Positions 50,916 to 63,175 of a stretch of 64,000 nt of DNA are shown one piece after another (within the stretch, counting starts at the first letter, position 1; each line of letters opens with the position of its first letter). Made by a program: the position numbers and the translations under genes. A model generated the notes under the pieces. The model did no database searches, was not told the DNA's origin, and was given only the letters and a program-made list of their open reading frames with translations. Source of the stretch: Octopus sinensis. Taxonomy: Eukaryota. Location of the stretch: the NCBI RefSeq assembly GCF_006345805.1, contig NC_043005.1, positions 64,914,001-64,978,000 of the forward strand. Reading direction: 5' to 3'.

Positions 50916-51782
50916 AACCTTCCCCCTATCATCTAACCTCCCCCCGACTCCTACTTCTCTTCAGTCCTTCATCTTTTCACCCCTCTCTCTTTCCCTCCTC
51001 TTCTTTCCTCTTTCCTCTTCCCTTTTCCCCTTCTCTCTTTCTCTCTGCTCCCTCACTCCCCTTCTCTCCCCTCCTTTTCAATCCCCCTACTCTTCTCCTC
51101 TCTTTCCTTCTCCCCCCTCTCCCCCTTCACTCTTCTCTCCTTCCTTCTTTCCCCCTCCCCCCTCATCTCATCTCCTCCCTCACCCTCACCCTCACCCTCA
51201 TCTCCTCTCTCCTCTCCCATCATCTCTCTTCCCTCCTCCACTCCTCCCTCTCTCTTTTCTCCCCCTATCACTCTCCCCACAACCCCCTCTACCCAAACCC
51301 CCAGCCGAACCCACCCCCACCTCCCCTTTCACTCTCCCCACAACCCCACTCTACCCCAACATGGGCTTTCCCCACCTCCCACCACACTGCACTACACTAC
51401 ACCATACGACATCACACATCACATCATACATACATACACACGTCCAGACCTTCATACGCACATACATACTCTCATACACACGCACCCTTATGTTGGGGCG
51501 AGGTCATTTGACTTGTTATCTCCCCTACTATCCTCTTGCGTCTAACGTTGATCTCTGACTTCTGGCCGAAATCAGACCGCCATGTTGATTCGTTAGCTCC
51601 TGCACGCATTTTTTCTCTCCTTGTTTCTCTCCGTGTCTTTTTCTGTGTATCTTTCTGTTGAAGAGCGTAGACTCGAAGCGTAAAAGACTTGTTTTATTCT
51701 ATTCCTGAGCGCCATACTTATACAATTGTTTGTTTGTACTCCACCTGCCTTCGTCTTTTGTTTATTTTCGTAAAGCTTCCTG
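49134..51782 (+). mobile_element. Penelope-like element (Neptune-like), RT plus GIY-YIG, inserted in (TA)n
   Basis: KPADK..AVVVW, FTMDIESLYTVIP, GVAMGTRMGPNYANLF, GRYIDD (49869-80), CSRPRCRTCPY, ICCISC..YIGQT..RFAEHL. Followed by a polypyrimidine tract and a 3' terminal region. (TA)n lies on both flanks. Confidence 0.92.
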
Positions 51783-51801
51783 TTATATATATATAAATAT
51801 A

Positions 51802-51837
<36 letters not shown>

Positions 51838-52077
51838 TACATATATATACACATATACATATATACATACATACATATATATATATTAGCAAACGAGCTC
51901 ATTAAGAAAATCTCTATCAGAAATGAAAGCAGTATTTATGCACAAGCAGTATTCTAGTGTAAACGCAAACTTACATACAAGCATATATATATAATTATTT
52001 CCTAATATAATAATGAGCGTAGTATTTTATATATTTGTGTATATATATATACATATATATATATGTATGTATGTATA

Positions 52078-52266
52078 TATATAAGAGAGAAGAAAATGAA
52101 TATAATAACAATGGGACACTCATGGTTTACGCTGACATGTCATTAATTAAATAGGTAACAAAAAGTAAGAAGCTTCTTACTTCTTTGTTCCCTATTCAAT
52201 TAAAGACATGCCAGCGTAAACCATGATTTTTCCATTGTTATTATATCCATTTACTTCTCTTATATA
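52078..52266. repeat. Imperfect zero-loop palindrome (~94-bp arms) next to (TA)n
   Basis: Centre AAGAAG|CTTCTT at 52172/52173. CATGGTTTACGCTG mirrors CAGCGTAAACCATG and ATAATAACAATGG mirrors CCATTGTTATTAT. Confidence 0.9.
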
Positions 52267-52415
52267 ACTTAAAATCCGGTTTACCAACCGATCCACTTGC
52301 TACCGTGCAATCTTTCAAAAGACTGTACCTACCCAGCTAATAACCAGGAGCGATTCTGAATTTAATTATCCCTTAGAGGTATTAAACTTCTCTAACTTGA
52401 TACCTATATATATAA

Positions 52416-52494
<79 letters not shown>

Positions 52495-52944
52495 GTATAT
52501 ATATTTGTCCAAATTCACGGAGTAGGAATAGGACGGAGTAGGAGAAAAAGTAGTATAAGTGAAGAGAGAGTAATTAAGTGAAGGAGAAGTAGTGAGGGTA
52601 ATAGCCCTGACTGAGAGAGTGCGAGAGAATGGAAGTGGCAAAGAGTGCGTCGTGTATCTTCTGTTTTTTCTCCGTCACAACATATGAATGAGAAATGAAA
52701 GGGTGATAGATAAATAACGAAGGAAGGGGCGAAAAAAATGTGATATTTTTAGACGTCAATAGATGTCATAGATTGTTTGAAATTGCCGAAATGCAAGAAA
52801 TTTAACTACAGAATTTTCTCAAGAAAGCCAAGAGAAAAAGATGTTTTATGTAACACGTTCTACCAGTATACGAAGTTTAAACGTGTTTAGTTACAAAGAA
52901 ATTATTTTTTAAATCTGCCGGTCAAAGTGAAAAGATCCGTGTTT

Positions 52945-53700
52945 TCTGCTATAGCCTCGGGCCGACCAAAGCCTTGTGAGTGGATTTGGTAGACGGAAAC
53001 TGAAAGAAGCCCGTCGTATATGTATATATACATGTGAGTGCGTATGTGTGTGTGCATGCACGTGCGTGTGCGAGTTTGCATGTTTTTGTGTCTGTGCTTG
53101 TTACTCCCATCGCTTGACAATCGGTGTTGGTGTGCTTATGTCCCCGTAACTTAGCAGTTCGGTAAATGTGACCCGATAGAATAGGTACCAGGCCTTCAAA
53201 AAAATATCAAGTACTGGGGACCGATTCATTCCACTATAGATTCATGAAGATGGTGCCCCAGAATGGCCGCAGTCTCACGATTGAAAGCAGTAACAAGCAA
53301 AAAGATAAAATATGTATATTCATATAGGCGCAGGCGTGGCTGTGTGGTAAGAAATTTGCTTCACAACCACATGGTTCCGGGTTCAGACCCACTGCGTGGC
53401 ACCTTGGGAAGTGTCTTCCATTATAGCCTCAGGCTGACCACAGCCTTGTGAGTGGATTTGGTAGATGGAAACAGAAAGAAGCCCGTCGTATGTCTGTATG
53501 TCTGTCTGTATGTATGTATGTATTTGTGTTTGTCCCCCCACCATTGCTTGACAATCGATGTTGGTGCTATTACGTGCCCGTAAATTAGCGGTTCGGCAAA
53601 AGGCTTACAAAGACTAAGTCCCGGGGTACAATTTGTTCGACTAAAGGCGATGCTCCAGCATGGCCGCAGTCAAATGACTGAAGCAAGTAAAAGAGAGAAA
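52945..53700 (+). mobile_element. Two tandem SINE family B copies (52945-53290 headless, 53327-53700 complete)
   Basis: GGCGTGGCTGTGTGGTAAG..GGTTCCGGGTTCAG.CCCACTGCGTGGCACCTTGGG..GCCTTGTGAGTGGATTTGGTAGA..CAGCATGGCCGCAGTCAAATGACTGAA. Confidence 0.88.
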
Positions 53701-53794
53701 AAGAAAAGACAGATATATGTGTTCATACTGTTTGATTTCACAATGTTTTATTCTTTGTATATATAATACGTCTGTGTAGTCACTCATATATATA

Positions 53795-54024
53795 TTTATT
53801 CTTTATTGCCCACATGGGGCCAAACATAGAGGGGACAGACAAGGACAGACAAAGGGTTTTACTTGATTACATCGACCCCAGTGCGTAACTGCTACTTAGT
53901 TAATCGAACCTAAAGGATGAAAGGCAAAGTCGACCTCGGCGGAATTTAAACCCAGAACGTAACGGCAGACGAAACACCGCTAAGCATTTCGATCGGGTGC
54001 CAACGATTCTGCCAGCTCGCCGCC
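53795..54024 (-). mobile_element. SINE family A
   Basis: Reverse complement of GGCGGCGAGCTGGCAGAATCG..CGTTCTGGGTTTAAATTCCGCCGAGGTCGACTTTGCC. Confidence 0.85.
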
Positions 54025-54236
54025 CTACACATGTATATATTATCCTTTCCCCTTTAACAGTTTGAATTTGAAATATATTGATTGTCATGCAACGCACCAA
54101 TAATATTGTGGATCGCATGTTTCGAGTAGAAAAAAACAGTAATTATCTCTCCATTTACAATTGTTAATTCAAATTGGTTATGTATAATACTAGGAAATCT
54201 CGGCACCTGAATCAATGATGTAATTTTGCGCCTTAG

Positions 54237-54245
54237 AATACATAC

Positions 54246-54276
<31 letters not shown>

Positions 54277-54869
54277 CATACATACATACATACATACATA
54301 CATACATACATACATACATACATACATGCATACATACATACATACATACATACATACATACATACATGCATACGTACATACATACATACATACATGCATA
54401 CATACATACATACATACATGCATACATACATACATACATACATACATACATACATACATGCATACATACATACATACATACATACATACATACATACATA
54501 CATGCATACATGCATACATACATACATACATACATACATACATACATACATACATGCATACATACATACATACATACATGCATACATACATACATACATA
54601 CATACATACATACATACATACATCATACATACATACATACATAATACATACATACATACATGCATACATACATACATACATACATACATACTACATACAT
54701 ACATGCATACATGCATACATGCATACACACATACATACATACATACATGCATACATACATACATACATACATACATACATGCATACATACATACATACAT
54801 ACATACATGCATACATACATACATACATACATACATACATACATACATACATACATACATACATACATG
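54237..54869. repeat. ~630-bp (CATA)n / (CATG) variant microsatellite, continuing at 55059-55192
   Basis: Read directly; it is the source of the long MYVC/HTYI ORFs. Confidence 0.97.
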
Positions 54870-54870
54870 C

Positions 54871-55058
54871 ACTTCAGCAATGTAACTACACGTAAGCCAT
54901 TGGTGATTTCTTCTTTTCCCTTTTTTCTGATGAAGAGCTATGCTCGAAACGTTAAATTCTCTCCTTTCACCAAGCTTGAAGCTAGCACATTTCTTGTGCA
55001 CATCCTCACGTTCATTGCTTTTGTTTTTTCGCTTTTTATTTGTTTATTTGAGTTAACT
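54871..55058 (+). mobile_element. ~190-bp insert within (CATA)n carrying an intact-core minimal hammerhead-like motif
   Basis: Unique sequence between two CATA arrays. Ends TTAACT like 10787-11005. Confidence 0.65.
54924..54956 (+). ncRNA. Candidate minimal type-I hammerhead ribozyme
   Basis: TTT-CTGATGA-A-GAGC-TAT-GCTC-GAAA-CG-TT-AAA: CUGANGA and GAAA core, 4-bp stem II, palindromic ACGU stem III and a U/A stem I. There is one extra A before stem II. Activity is untested. Confidence 0.55.
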
Positions 55059-55372
55059 ACATACATACGTACGTACCTATGTACATACATACATACATAC
55101 ATACATACATACATACGTACGTACGTAGGTACGTACGTACGTACCTACGTACATACATACATACATACATACATACATACATACATACATACATCGCTAT
55201 GACGACGTTGGTTTCCTGTAACATTTACGTGAATATATATGCATATAGCTGGTATTATAGGAATTTATATAAACAAGAGTACATTTTACATCAGAAGGCA
55301 ATTTGAGAGTTTCTCTCACGATATTTATAGCAGTATAGTTTGTTCTAACAATACATTCAACCATTACTTTGC

Positions 55373-55410
<38 letters not shown>

Positions 55411-55699
55411 GGAGATATAGAAGAGAAAAAAAGAGTAGGAAAGAAAGCTAACAGGAAAGATATATAAATGTAAATTCTAACTCCGGTTATTAAGCTTATG
55501 TGAAATGAATCTGTAATCTAATTGGACACAGTTTATCACAAAAGTCATCTTCAAAATATTTAGTTACTGCAGGCCAAGAAAAAAAGCTGTGATTAGCTAT
55601 TTAATGAAATACCTGCTGTTAATTTGAACTTTTGTCATGGCCACATCTCAATGGACAACGCACGTATGAATGTATTTTAAATATATTCATTTGTTGATT

Positions 55700-55920
55700 G
55701 TTTTGTGAAATAGCTATGGCTTAAGAAGGAAATCTGATTCCAAATCTCCGTGAATGTTCATTGAAATGGATAGCATCCAATGGAAAATAATATCTGTAGG
55801 CGACAAACAACAGTTGTTATGTTTTATTATAGCCCTCGTTTTCAACATTGTTGATTCGAACATCTTTTTTTTATCTTGAAAATATTTTTTTACTCTCATA
55901 TATTCAAATATCGTTAATGC
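55700..55920 (-). pseudogene. Possible Naiad-like endonuclease C-terminal remnant
   Basis: STMLKTRAIIKHNNCCL..IIF..DFLL loosely resembles the W.IL..A..Y..C.LCL.EK..I..KFLL end. Weak. Confidence 0.25.
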
Positions 55921-56447
55921 CTCTATTCTGTATTTATAGTGTGTTTCCTATGTTCATATGATTTTAAATTTTTTATTTAATCTTTTATCCTTTTCTTACT
56001 TTAAAATAAAATAATATTCAAACATACAAAAGCAACATATCGATAGCCATTGAACTAATATGCCTTCTAGAAAAGTGCATTGATTTCATTTAAGCCATTC
56101 AGATTAAGAATAAAAACCGAAAAAGAAATTTAAAAAGTCAAACGCATGATCACAACCTAAAATATATATTAAAAATCACTAATAAAAGATACCAGAAGAA
56201 ACATTTTTTTTTCTATTGATAATAGCTCTTGTTACTAACGTTTTATTTCAATATTTTTAGTACTTTGTTGGGTAATTTCAAGCTTCTGTTCCTATTTTTC
56301 GTTCTGATATTTATTTTAAAATTTTCATTTCTATTAAATTTTCAAATGGATCACTTTTACTGAAGATGATAATGAAAAACAAGAACAAACATAAAATATG
56401 TGAACGAGATTTCTTTGTCTTTTTAAAATTAGAATTAATGTGGTAAA

Positions 56448-56489
<42 letters not shown>

Positions 56490-57019
56490 ATTTATGTATA
56501 TTAAATCAATGAACGCATTTGAATATGCATAACACACAATGAGAGTAGTTAAGTGTATGTATACGACTGTGTGTGGTTTGCAGTAATAGAATATTTTATT
56601 AATACTGAATTTAATAGTTAATCTTTCTTTAATACTGATTTTATTGGTCAATGTATCATTTTTGAAATATTGGTTTTTAATGATTAATGCATCATATTTT
56701 CTTTGAATGCTTGCTTATTAGTACAAGATTGGTAGTAGGCATGACTAAGTAAGTTAAAGTAAACAGATTAACAAAAAGAGAATACATGTTCCATACATAT
56801 ATGGGATTACTGCCGCCTCTTCTTGAGTGAAATTTCTAGATAATTCCTGGTTCTGGCTATGCTCAGCTAGAAATCAGCGTACGGTATATGCGTATGCATG
56901 TTTAGAATACTGTTAGTGTTTTGTATGCTGTTGTAACGACACACTAACATTTTAATTCTCCATCGCTCAAGTCACGAAGAACTGAGTAGTGGGGGATTGA
57001 AATGTTGAGAGTAAAGAGT

Positions 57020-58050
57020 GCAATAACGATGACGACGAGGATGATGATGATTTCATTTATTCGCCACCAGGGCGGCACATTAGCGAGAGGGTTATAAAAA
57101 ACACATAGTGTGGAGATTTACACAGAATATCGAATGAAGGGAAAAAAATCATGGTAGACAAGTAAACATGCTACACAAAAAGAGAAAAACATGATGACGA
57201 TGCAGTCTTCCTGATACAAGGATACAAGGGAATCACCAAACAGGGCCAGTCAAGAAGTGCCCCAGCCTTAAAATCATCGTAATCACAAAGAGCAAGTACC
57301 CTTTCCAATTGTCGTTCTCAGAATTACAGGTTGATACTTAAAGTAGTCCCGTCCACTCTCACCCACCCCTCAACGAATTTACTTGAGGACAGCACCTCTC
57401 TCTCTCTATCCTTATCTACTTTGCAAAGTGAAACTTGAAAAAGTCGTTGAGGGCTCTACGAAATAGGGGAATCTCTTCCCTCAGGCCTTTCGAACTTGTG
57501 CATCATAAGATCTCTTTTACTATAGCCACCAGACAGAAGAAAACGGCATTCCCTGTCCAATTAAAACAGTGCAGCAGAACAATCATGACAATGGTTTCGG
57601 CTGAGAGCCAGATCATCGCACACATGACACCTCAAATCAGCAATGTCCGTGTAACCAACAAGAGAATACCGAACAGTATCGTTGCTCAGTGCGCATTTCT
57701 GGCAGACTCATTTCACGGTACGCTTGGTTAGCAGAGGTTATTTGGATCTGGCAGCGCCACTGCTAAGCCAACAGACAAACCAATTTGCTTTCATCGATAA
57801 TCAGTTCTTCCTCTGCCTGAATGCGAGAGGGCGCTGAACGCTCGTGACATTCTAGATGCTATATACCCAGCCTAGCTCATTGCTTCATACTGGGCTTCAG
57901 CTCAAAGACGACAAGCTGAGGAAAGATGTGCCTCACGAAAAGTGACCACATTCGCTCACTCCAGAGTCGTGCAGTTTTTGTATCTTTCGGCAAGGTATAT
58001 CTTTCACTTTGCTCAACGGTCACAACTGCAAATAAGTTGCATCTTTTACG
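57020..58050 (-). mobile_element. L1/Tx1-clade LINE 3' portion with AATAAA and an (ATC)n tail
   Basis: Minus strand CQKCALSNDTVRYSLV..AETIV..AVFFCLVAIVKE..KGL..LNDFFKFHF resembles the Tx1 C-terminal Cys-rich region. The 3' end reads GCCCTGGTGGCGAATAAATGAAATCATCATC. Confidence 0.6.
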
Positions 58051-58400
58051 GAGTGTCGTCTCGTAGACTGTTAATCAAAACCATGCGAATATTAGATTTT
58101 AAAGGCTTTTCATGATAAAGAACACTTACAAAGAAAAAAAAAATTCTTTGGTTGAGACCCTACCTACATACACTTACACGTATACAAATAAACTTCTTTG
58201 CTTTAGAGCTTTACGAATACTCTTTTGAAAACCTTCTCGAGACCCTTTAGTTAAAAATTTTATTACCTTCCAAATGTTCAATTTGCAATATTTTTTTTCT
58301 AAATTATTTTTTGAAAAATTAAACTTTTCCCTCTCGTGTTTTTTCCTTATTCCTTATATTTTCGCCTTCCTTCCTTTTCTTTCTTTCTGCTACTTTCATA

Positions 58401-58600
58401 TGGGTTTCAAATTTTGGCACAAGGCCAGCAATTTCAGGGGAAGGGGTAAGTCGGAGTTCAACTTCTACTTATTTTACCGATCCCGAACGGATGAAACGTA
58501 AAGTTGACCTCGGTGGTATTTGAACTCAAAACGTAGCGCCGGACGAAATGCCTCTAAGCATTTTGCCCGACGAACTAACGACCCTGTCAACTCATCGCCT
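58401..58600 (-). mobile_element. SINE family A (second tail type, as at 1159-1256)
   Basis: GGTTTCAAATTTTGGCACAAGGCCAGCAA..AAGTTGACCTCGG..TTTGAACTCA.AACGTAG. Confidence 0.8.
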
Positions 58601-59559
58601 TCTCTTTTCTTTACATATTGATTTCTTTATTTTCACTTCTCTTTTCCTTTTACCACATTCTTCCCTTTCTTTCCTTATTTCAGTATTCTCTTCCCTATAT
58701 CCTCCTCATCCATTCTCCTTTCATCTCGTTATCTTCATTTATCCCTTCTACCCTTCCTTTGCTTTCAAATATTTTCTGTTTCAAACACACTCTAACCACA
58801 AAGGTATTCTTAAAATGTCGACCTGCAACCTAGGATCGAAATAAAAGAAAACGTATCAATCAATACTTCCTCACAAACTTGAACTCTCACCACTATCTTC
58901 ATCCCTTTTATGATAAGTTATACAAGTTTTATGCGTACATACATGCATACATACATTACATACATAAATTGCACATGCATATACACACATATATATGTGT
59001 ATTTATATGTACATGCATGTACATGTACATGTACATATATATGTATACATATAATGTATGTATGTACATGCATGTGTGCGTATATACTTTAATGTGACCT
59101 TTCGGAGTGGTCAGATATTTCAGTGACTCACCCCACACCACATATGTATATATATTGATATATTGTGTGTGTGTGTCTATATAGTGATGTAATTATATGA
59201 ATATAGTGTGCGCGTGTGATTGGCTGTGTTGGTTTACAGTTATATATTGTGAAAAATATTTCTTTTCCAGTGTCACCCAATAGCGATAGGCACTAACATG
59301 TATGTACGTGTACAGTCATATTCGTACTATATTTATTCATCCTATATTTATTCATAGCGTGGTCGTTCGTGCTGATTGCCAGGACGCCGATCCTGAACAA
59401 TGCTCAGCCGCAGGGGAATGCAGGATTCTTAAGTGCATCTAGGAAAAATAATCGAAGAAGGTCAGCGACCATGTCATTTCCCCATCTTACCCTGCCGACA
59501 TAAAATAATAGCCATTTCCTCAGCAGGAGTCTTCCTATAACATTTTCAGAGTTCATAAT

Positions 59560-59935
59560 CCTTCTAATGTGAGGTCTCTGATCCTGGTATATTGTTTCCT
59601 AAAGTCTGGGAAGAACTTTTTTAAACATTTCAATATAAATGGTTTAAATACAACATTCGTCATTAATCTAACTACAGTCACCTTTTTTGGACATACTCCA
59701 GACGTTAACATAAGCAAATACTATCCTTATAGAAAAGCTAATGAAGAGGCAGTATTGAGTCATAAGAATTTCGTCCCACCCCGACAATAATTAAGAATAT
59801 AGTAGCCAACATCATTAGAAGACTCTCTAATCTATTCTCCGATAGAGATATCTTAGGTAATGGCTCACCCTTTTAAAACGTGGTATTAATGGGAAGTGGC
59901 CCCAGATAGAAATATATGGCGGATCTACTGCTACG
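59560..59935 (+). pseudogene. Naiad-like Penelope RT thumb fragment
   Basis: FNINGLNTTFVINLTTVTFFGHTPDVNISKYYPYRKANEEAVLSHKNFVPP, then IKNIVANIIRRLSNLFSDRDIL. This matches the FK..GL.ITI..NL..V.FLD..Y.PYRKPN..HPP..I.KRLS pattern. Confidence 0.65.
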
Positions 59936-59971
59936 ACTAATAACCAGGTTTAAATTCTTAGGTTAATCAAT

Positions 59972-60372
59972 CTTTTATTTTTCATCTTTTATCTTTTACT
60001 TGTTCCAGTCATTAGACTGCGGCCATGCTGGGCGACCGCTTTGAAGAATTTTTAGTCGAATGAATTGATCCCAGTACTTATACTTTTAAAGCCTGCTGCC
60101 TATTCTATTGGTCTCTTTTGCCGAACTGTTGAGTTACGAGTAAGTAAAGGCACCGACAGCGATTTTCAAGTGATAGTGGGGGACAAACACAAAGACACAC
60201 AAACATAGATACATATATATGTACGACAGGCTGCTTTTAGTTTCCGTCCATCAAATCAACTCGCAAGGCTCTGGTCGGCCTGTCTATAGTAGAAGACACT
60301 TGCCACGCTACGGAACTGAACCCGAAACCATGCATTTGGGAAGCAAGCTTCTTACTACACAGCCAGGCCTTC
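59972..60372 (-). mobile_element. SINE family B
   Basis: CAGTCATTAGACTGCGGCCATGCTGG..CTTTTGCCGAAC..TATAGTAGAAGACACTTGCC..GGGAAGCAAGCTTCTTACTACACAGCCA. Confidence 0.85.
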
Positions 60373-60894
60373 GCTTGTTTCCACAAACATTGTTGGAAAC
60401 TTCATATTTTCAATTAGAGAGCACGCCCCATGCACACATAGCTTGCATAGACAAACAATATCACATGCTTAAAAATAAACTACACGCGGACCTACATTAC
60501 GTTCATCTCAAGCATTCAAGTGCAATTGCTGAGATGAGCGCACTAGTCCACCGGGAGGTGTTGGTCGCCCCAAGGCAGTAATGTATGAGGCGATTCTCAT
60601 TGCTCCTGTTAACGTTGCACAGTACTACTAAGGACATAAAACTATGTAGGACATATAAATTTCGAGAGAAGCTTCACCGAACACATGTACTCTTTGATAT
60701 CCAGAAATAAGGAAATTCCATTTCTTCATCTCGTTTTATCTAGAGAATCTGGAGACTGACTTGGTTGCTATTTCTAGAATGTCGACCGACCACATAGAGA
60801 CTCCGTCGTTGGCTTCATTGTTCCTGCCTCTGTAAAAGCGATCATAATTATTACCATTCGGTAGTCTTATTTTTATCACGTGCTTCCACTTCAC

Positions 60895-60961
<67 letters not shown>

Positions 60962-60981
60962 CATCATCATCATCATCATCA
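60895..60981. repeat. (TAT)n(CAT)n microsatellite; (AG)n at 61405-61446
   Basis: Read directly. Confidence 0.95.
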
Positions 60982-61399
60982 TTTTTTATTGTAAGTGTTG
61001 CAAGTCATAATCAGTATTGATATTTGTTAGGAAGAATATGTCCTGTATGATAGGAAAGATGATGGAGACTGCGCAAACGACAGTAAAGAATAGAAAAGCA
61101 TATATGATTTAATGTAATCTTATAGGCGTCCAGCCTGCACAAAGATCATTATATGTATAAGTGTCTTTGTGTGAGTGTACATATGCGTGACAGAGAGCGA
61201 GTGCGAGTCTATGAATGTTATTTGTACGGTGAGGGTATACATGTCATTCCCTTTGCGCTTTTGTATACGATTTTGTTTCAGTTATTTTTTTTTTTATGTA
61301 TAAAACGTGATGAGAAAGATGGTCAGAGGAAGAACACAACAGATAAAGAACAGCTTATGCTTTAATAAGTACATACTTGCATGTCATATAAATGTGTGC

Positions 61400-61449
<50 letters not shown>

Positions 61450-62982
61450 GCGCGCGCTTGTGTTTTCCATCTTTCTACTTATTTATGTCTGTCTGTATAC
61501 AGACACACAAATTTCTAATAAATTCACGTTAACAATTTACAACACAAAACACCTTCATATTTTTATTTCGAATCAGTATTATACAAGAGTGTTGCTATCC
61601 GTCGTATCATTGGTAACTTTGGAATTGTACTTTTGCAACTTTGAGCAATTTTGATGAAAGTTAAATTCGATTCATTGTTTATCTACCACATTTCCAAATA
61701 TTATTCACGGTGGCAAATATGTATTAATATTATTGTAGAAAAGACAGGGATGTATTCATTCAGAGTTTTTTTTTTGCCATTACATCCCGGCGAGTAATGC
61801 AAAACAAAAATATCTGCTAACGAATAGCTTATAGCTTACTTGAATGCATCTGAAGAAAATATATCCATTATAATGAATATTAAATCCTTTTTCTGCTCCA
61901 GCCAACTATTTTGTTATTTATTCCCTTCTCCAATCTCTTCCCTCTCCTCTATCTCTATGATATTTTCTCTCTCATTATGTGTGATTAGCACTCCTTTACT
62001 CATTGTCTGCTACCAAACCTAGTATGTACGCTCAACCTGCACTTCATATGTAAACTCTTTGCGTCTCTCCTTCATTTTCTCTCCTCCGTTTTCTACACGA
62101 TGTGAAGCTTGAAAGGAAATCATTGACCAACGAATCAAACAACATTTATTATGGCTTTTTTAATAGACATACATACATTCATGAATATATATTTTAAGTT
62201 GGAAAGAAAGTCATGTCGCATTTCAAGATGGGAAAGAAACAAATGTTTCTTAAGTCTTATCGATAGCTCTGTTCGCAGTTTTCTTGTCAGCTTCTTAATG
62301 ATATTGACTATAGCTGATGAAACCTAAGCAAGTCGTAGTAACTCTATTATTTATGAGTGAAGAACAATCACACATCATCATATAAGTTAACCATACAGTT
62401 AGATGGTTTCGGCAGTGGCGATTCACTTCTTTAAGGGAAGTTTTGTAGATAGGACAGGTTTATTGTTCAGGACAGTGAGAGACACCTTTCTTCCTGCCAA
62501 CCATTCAGTCACCATATTGTGTGTCTCGCAGTGATCGTAGAGGAATGCATTCAGGCAACCTGTGCCTAATTTATACATCACATTCAGGTACAGATCTGTA
62601 ACATTTGGTCACATGCGTCTCCTGTTATCTTTTAACTCATAATGTTGTATATCTAACTGCTAGCCGGTCTGGCTCATGAAGTTCAACGTTTATTGTTAAC
62701 AAAGTCTGCCTAATAGAACGTAAGCATTCTGTAGCAATAACCAAGTATTAGGTCTCTCCCAAGTGGTTTCCAATTGGGCAGTTTTGAAACAATTGTCAAA
62801 GGAGTTTGACATTATAAGTTTGAGGTCAGACGGTTGCGCAGTACGCATTTTGCAGCTCATCTTACCACATTATTCCAGATCCATCGGCAAATGACTCTAG
62901 AGGGACTTTTACAACCTCATTGGTATGACTTTTCTTTCTGTGAAACAGCGCTTGTAGCTTTAGTGCAATCTTGCGATTGACA

Positions 62983-63175
62983 GATGTTTATCCTCGCAGT
63001 TTTTGTGACTGCGGCCATGCTGGAGCACCGTCTTTAGTCGAACAATTCTTTGTAAGTTTAGTACTTATTCAATCGGTCTCTTTTGCCGAACCGCTAAGCT
63101 ACAGGGACAAAACCCACCAAGATCGGTTGTCAAGCGATGGTGGGGGGGGGGGGACACAGACACACACATACACCG
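62983..63175 (-). mobile_element. SINE family B, 3' part
   Basis: GACTGCGGCCATGCTGGAGCACCG..TTTTGCCGAACCGCTAAG..CGGTTGTCAAGCGATGGTGGGG. Confidence 0.8.

Noticed and set aside
50900-51558. Pro/Ser/Leu-rich C-terminal part of the 326-aa ORF
   Set aside because: Read-through into a polypyrimidine tract. Only the first ~110 codons relate to the GIY-YIG region.
54190-55202. Long ORFs of 85-251 aa (MYVC.../HTYI...)
   Set aside because: They are translations of the (CATA)n microsatellite. The same applies to YI-, HT-, CV- and YLSI-rich ORFs throughout the track.
62400-62960. Faint GIY-YIG-like residues on the minus strand (CPIGNHLGET)
   Set aside because: Too degenerate to call without a profile search.
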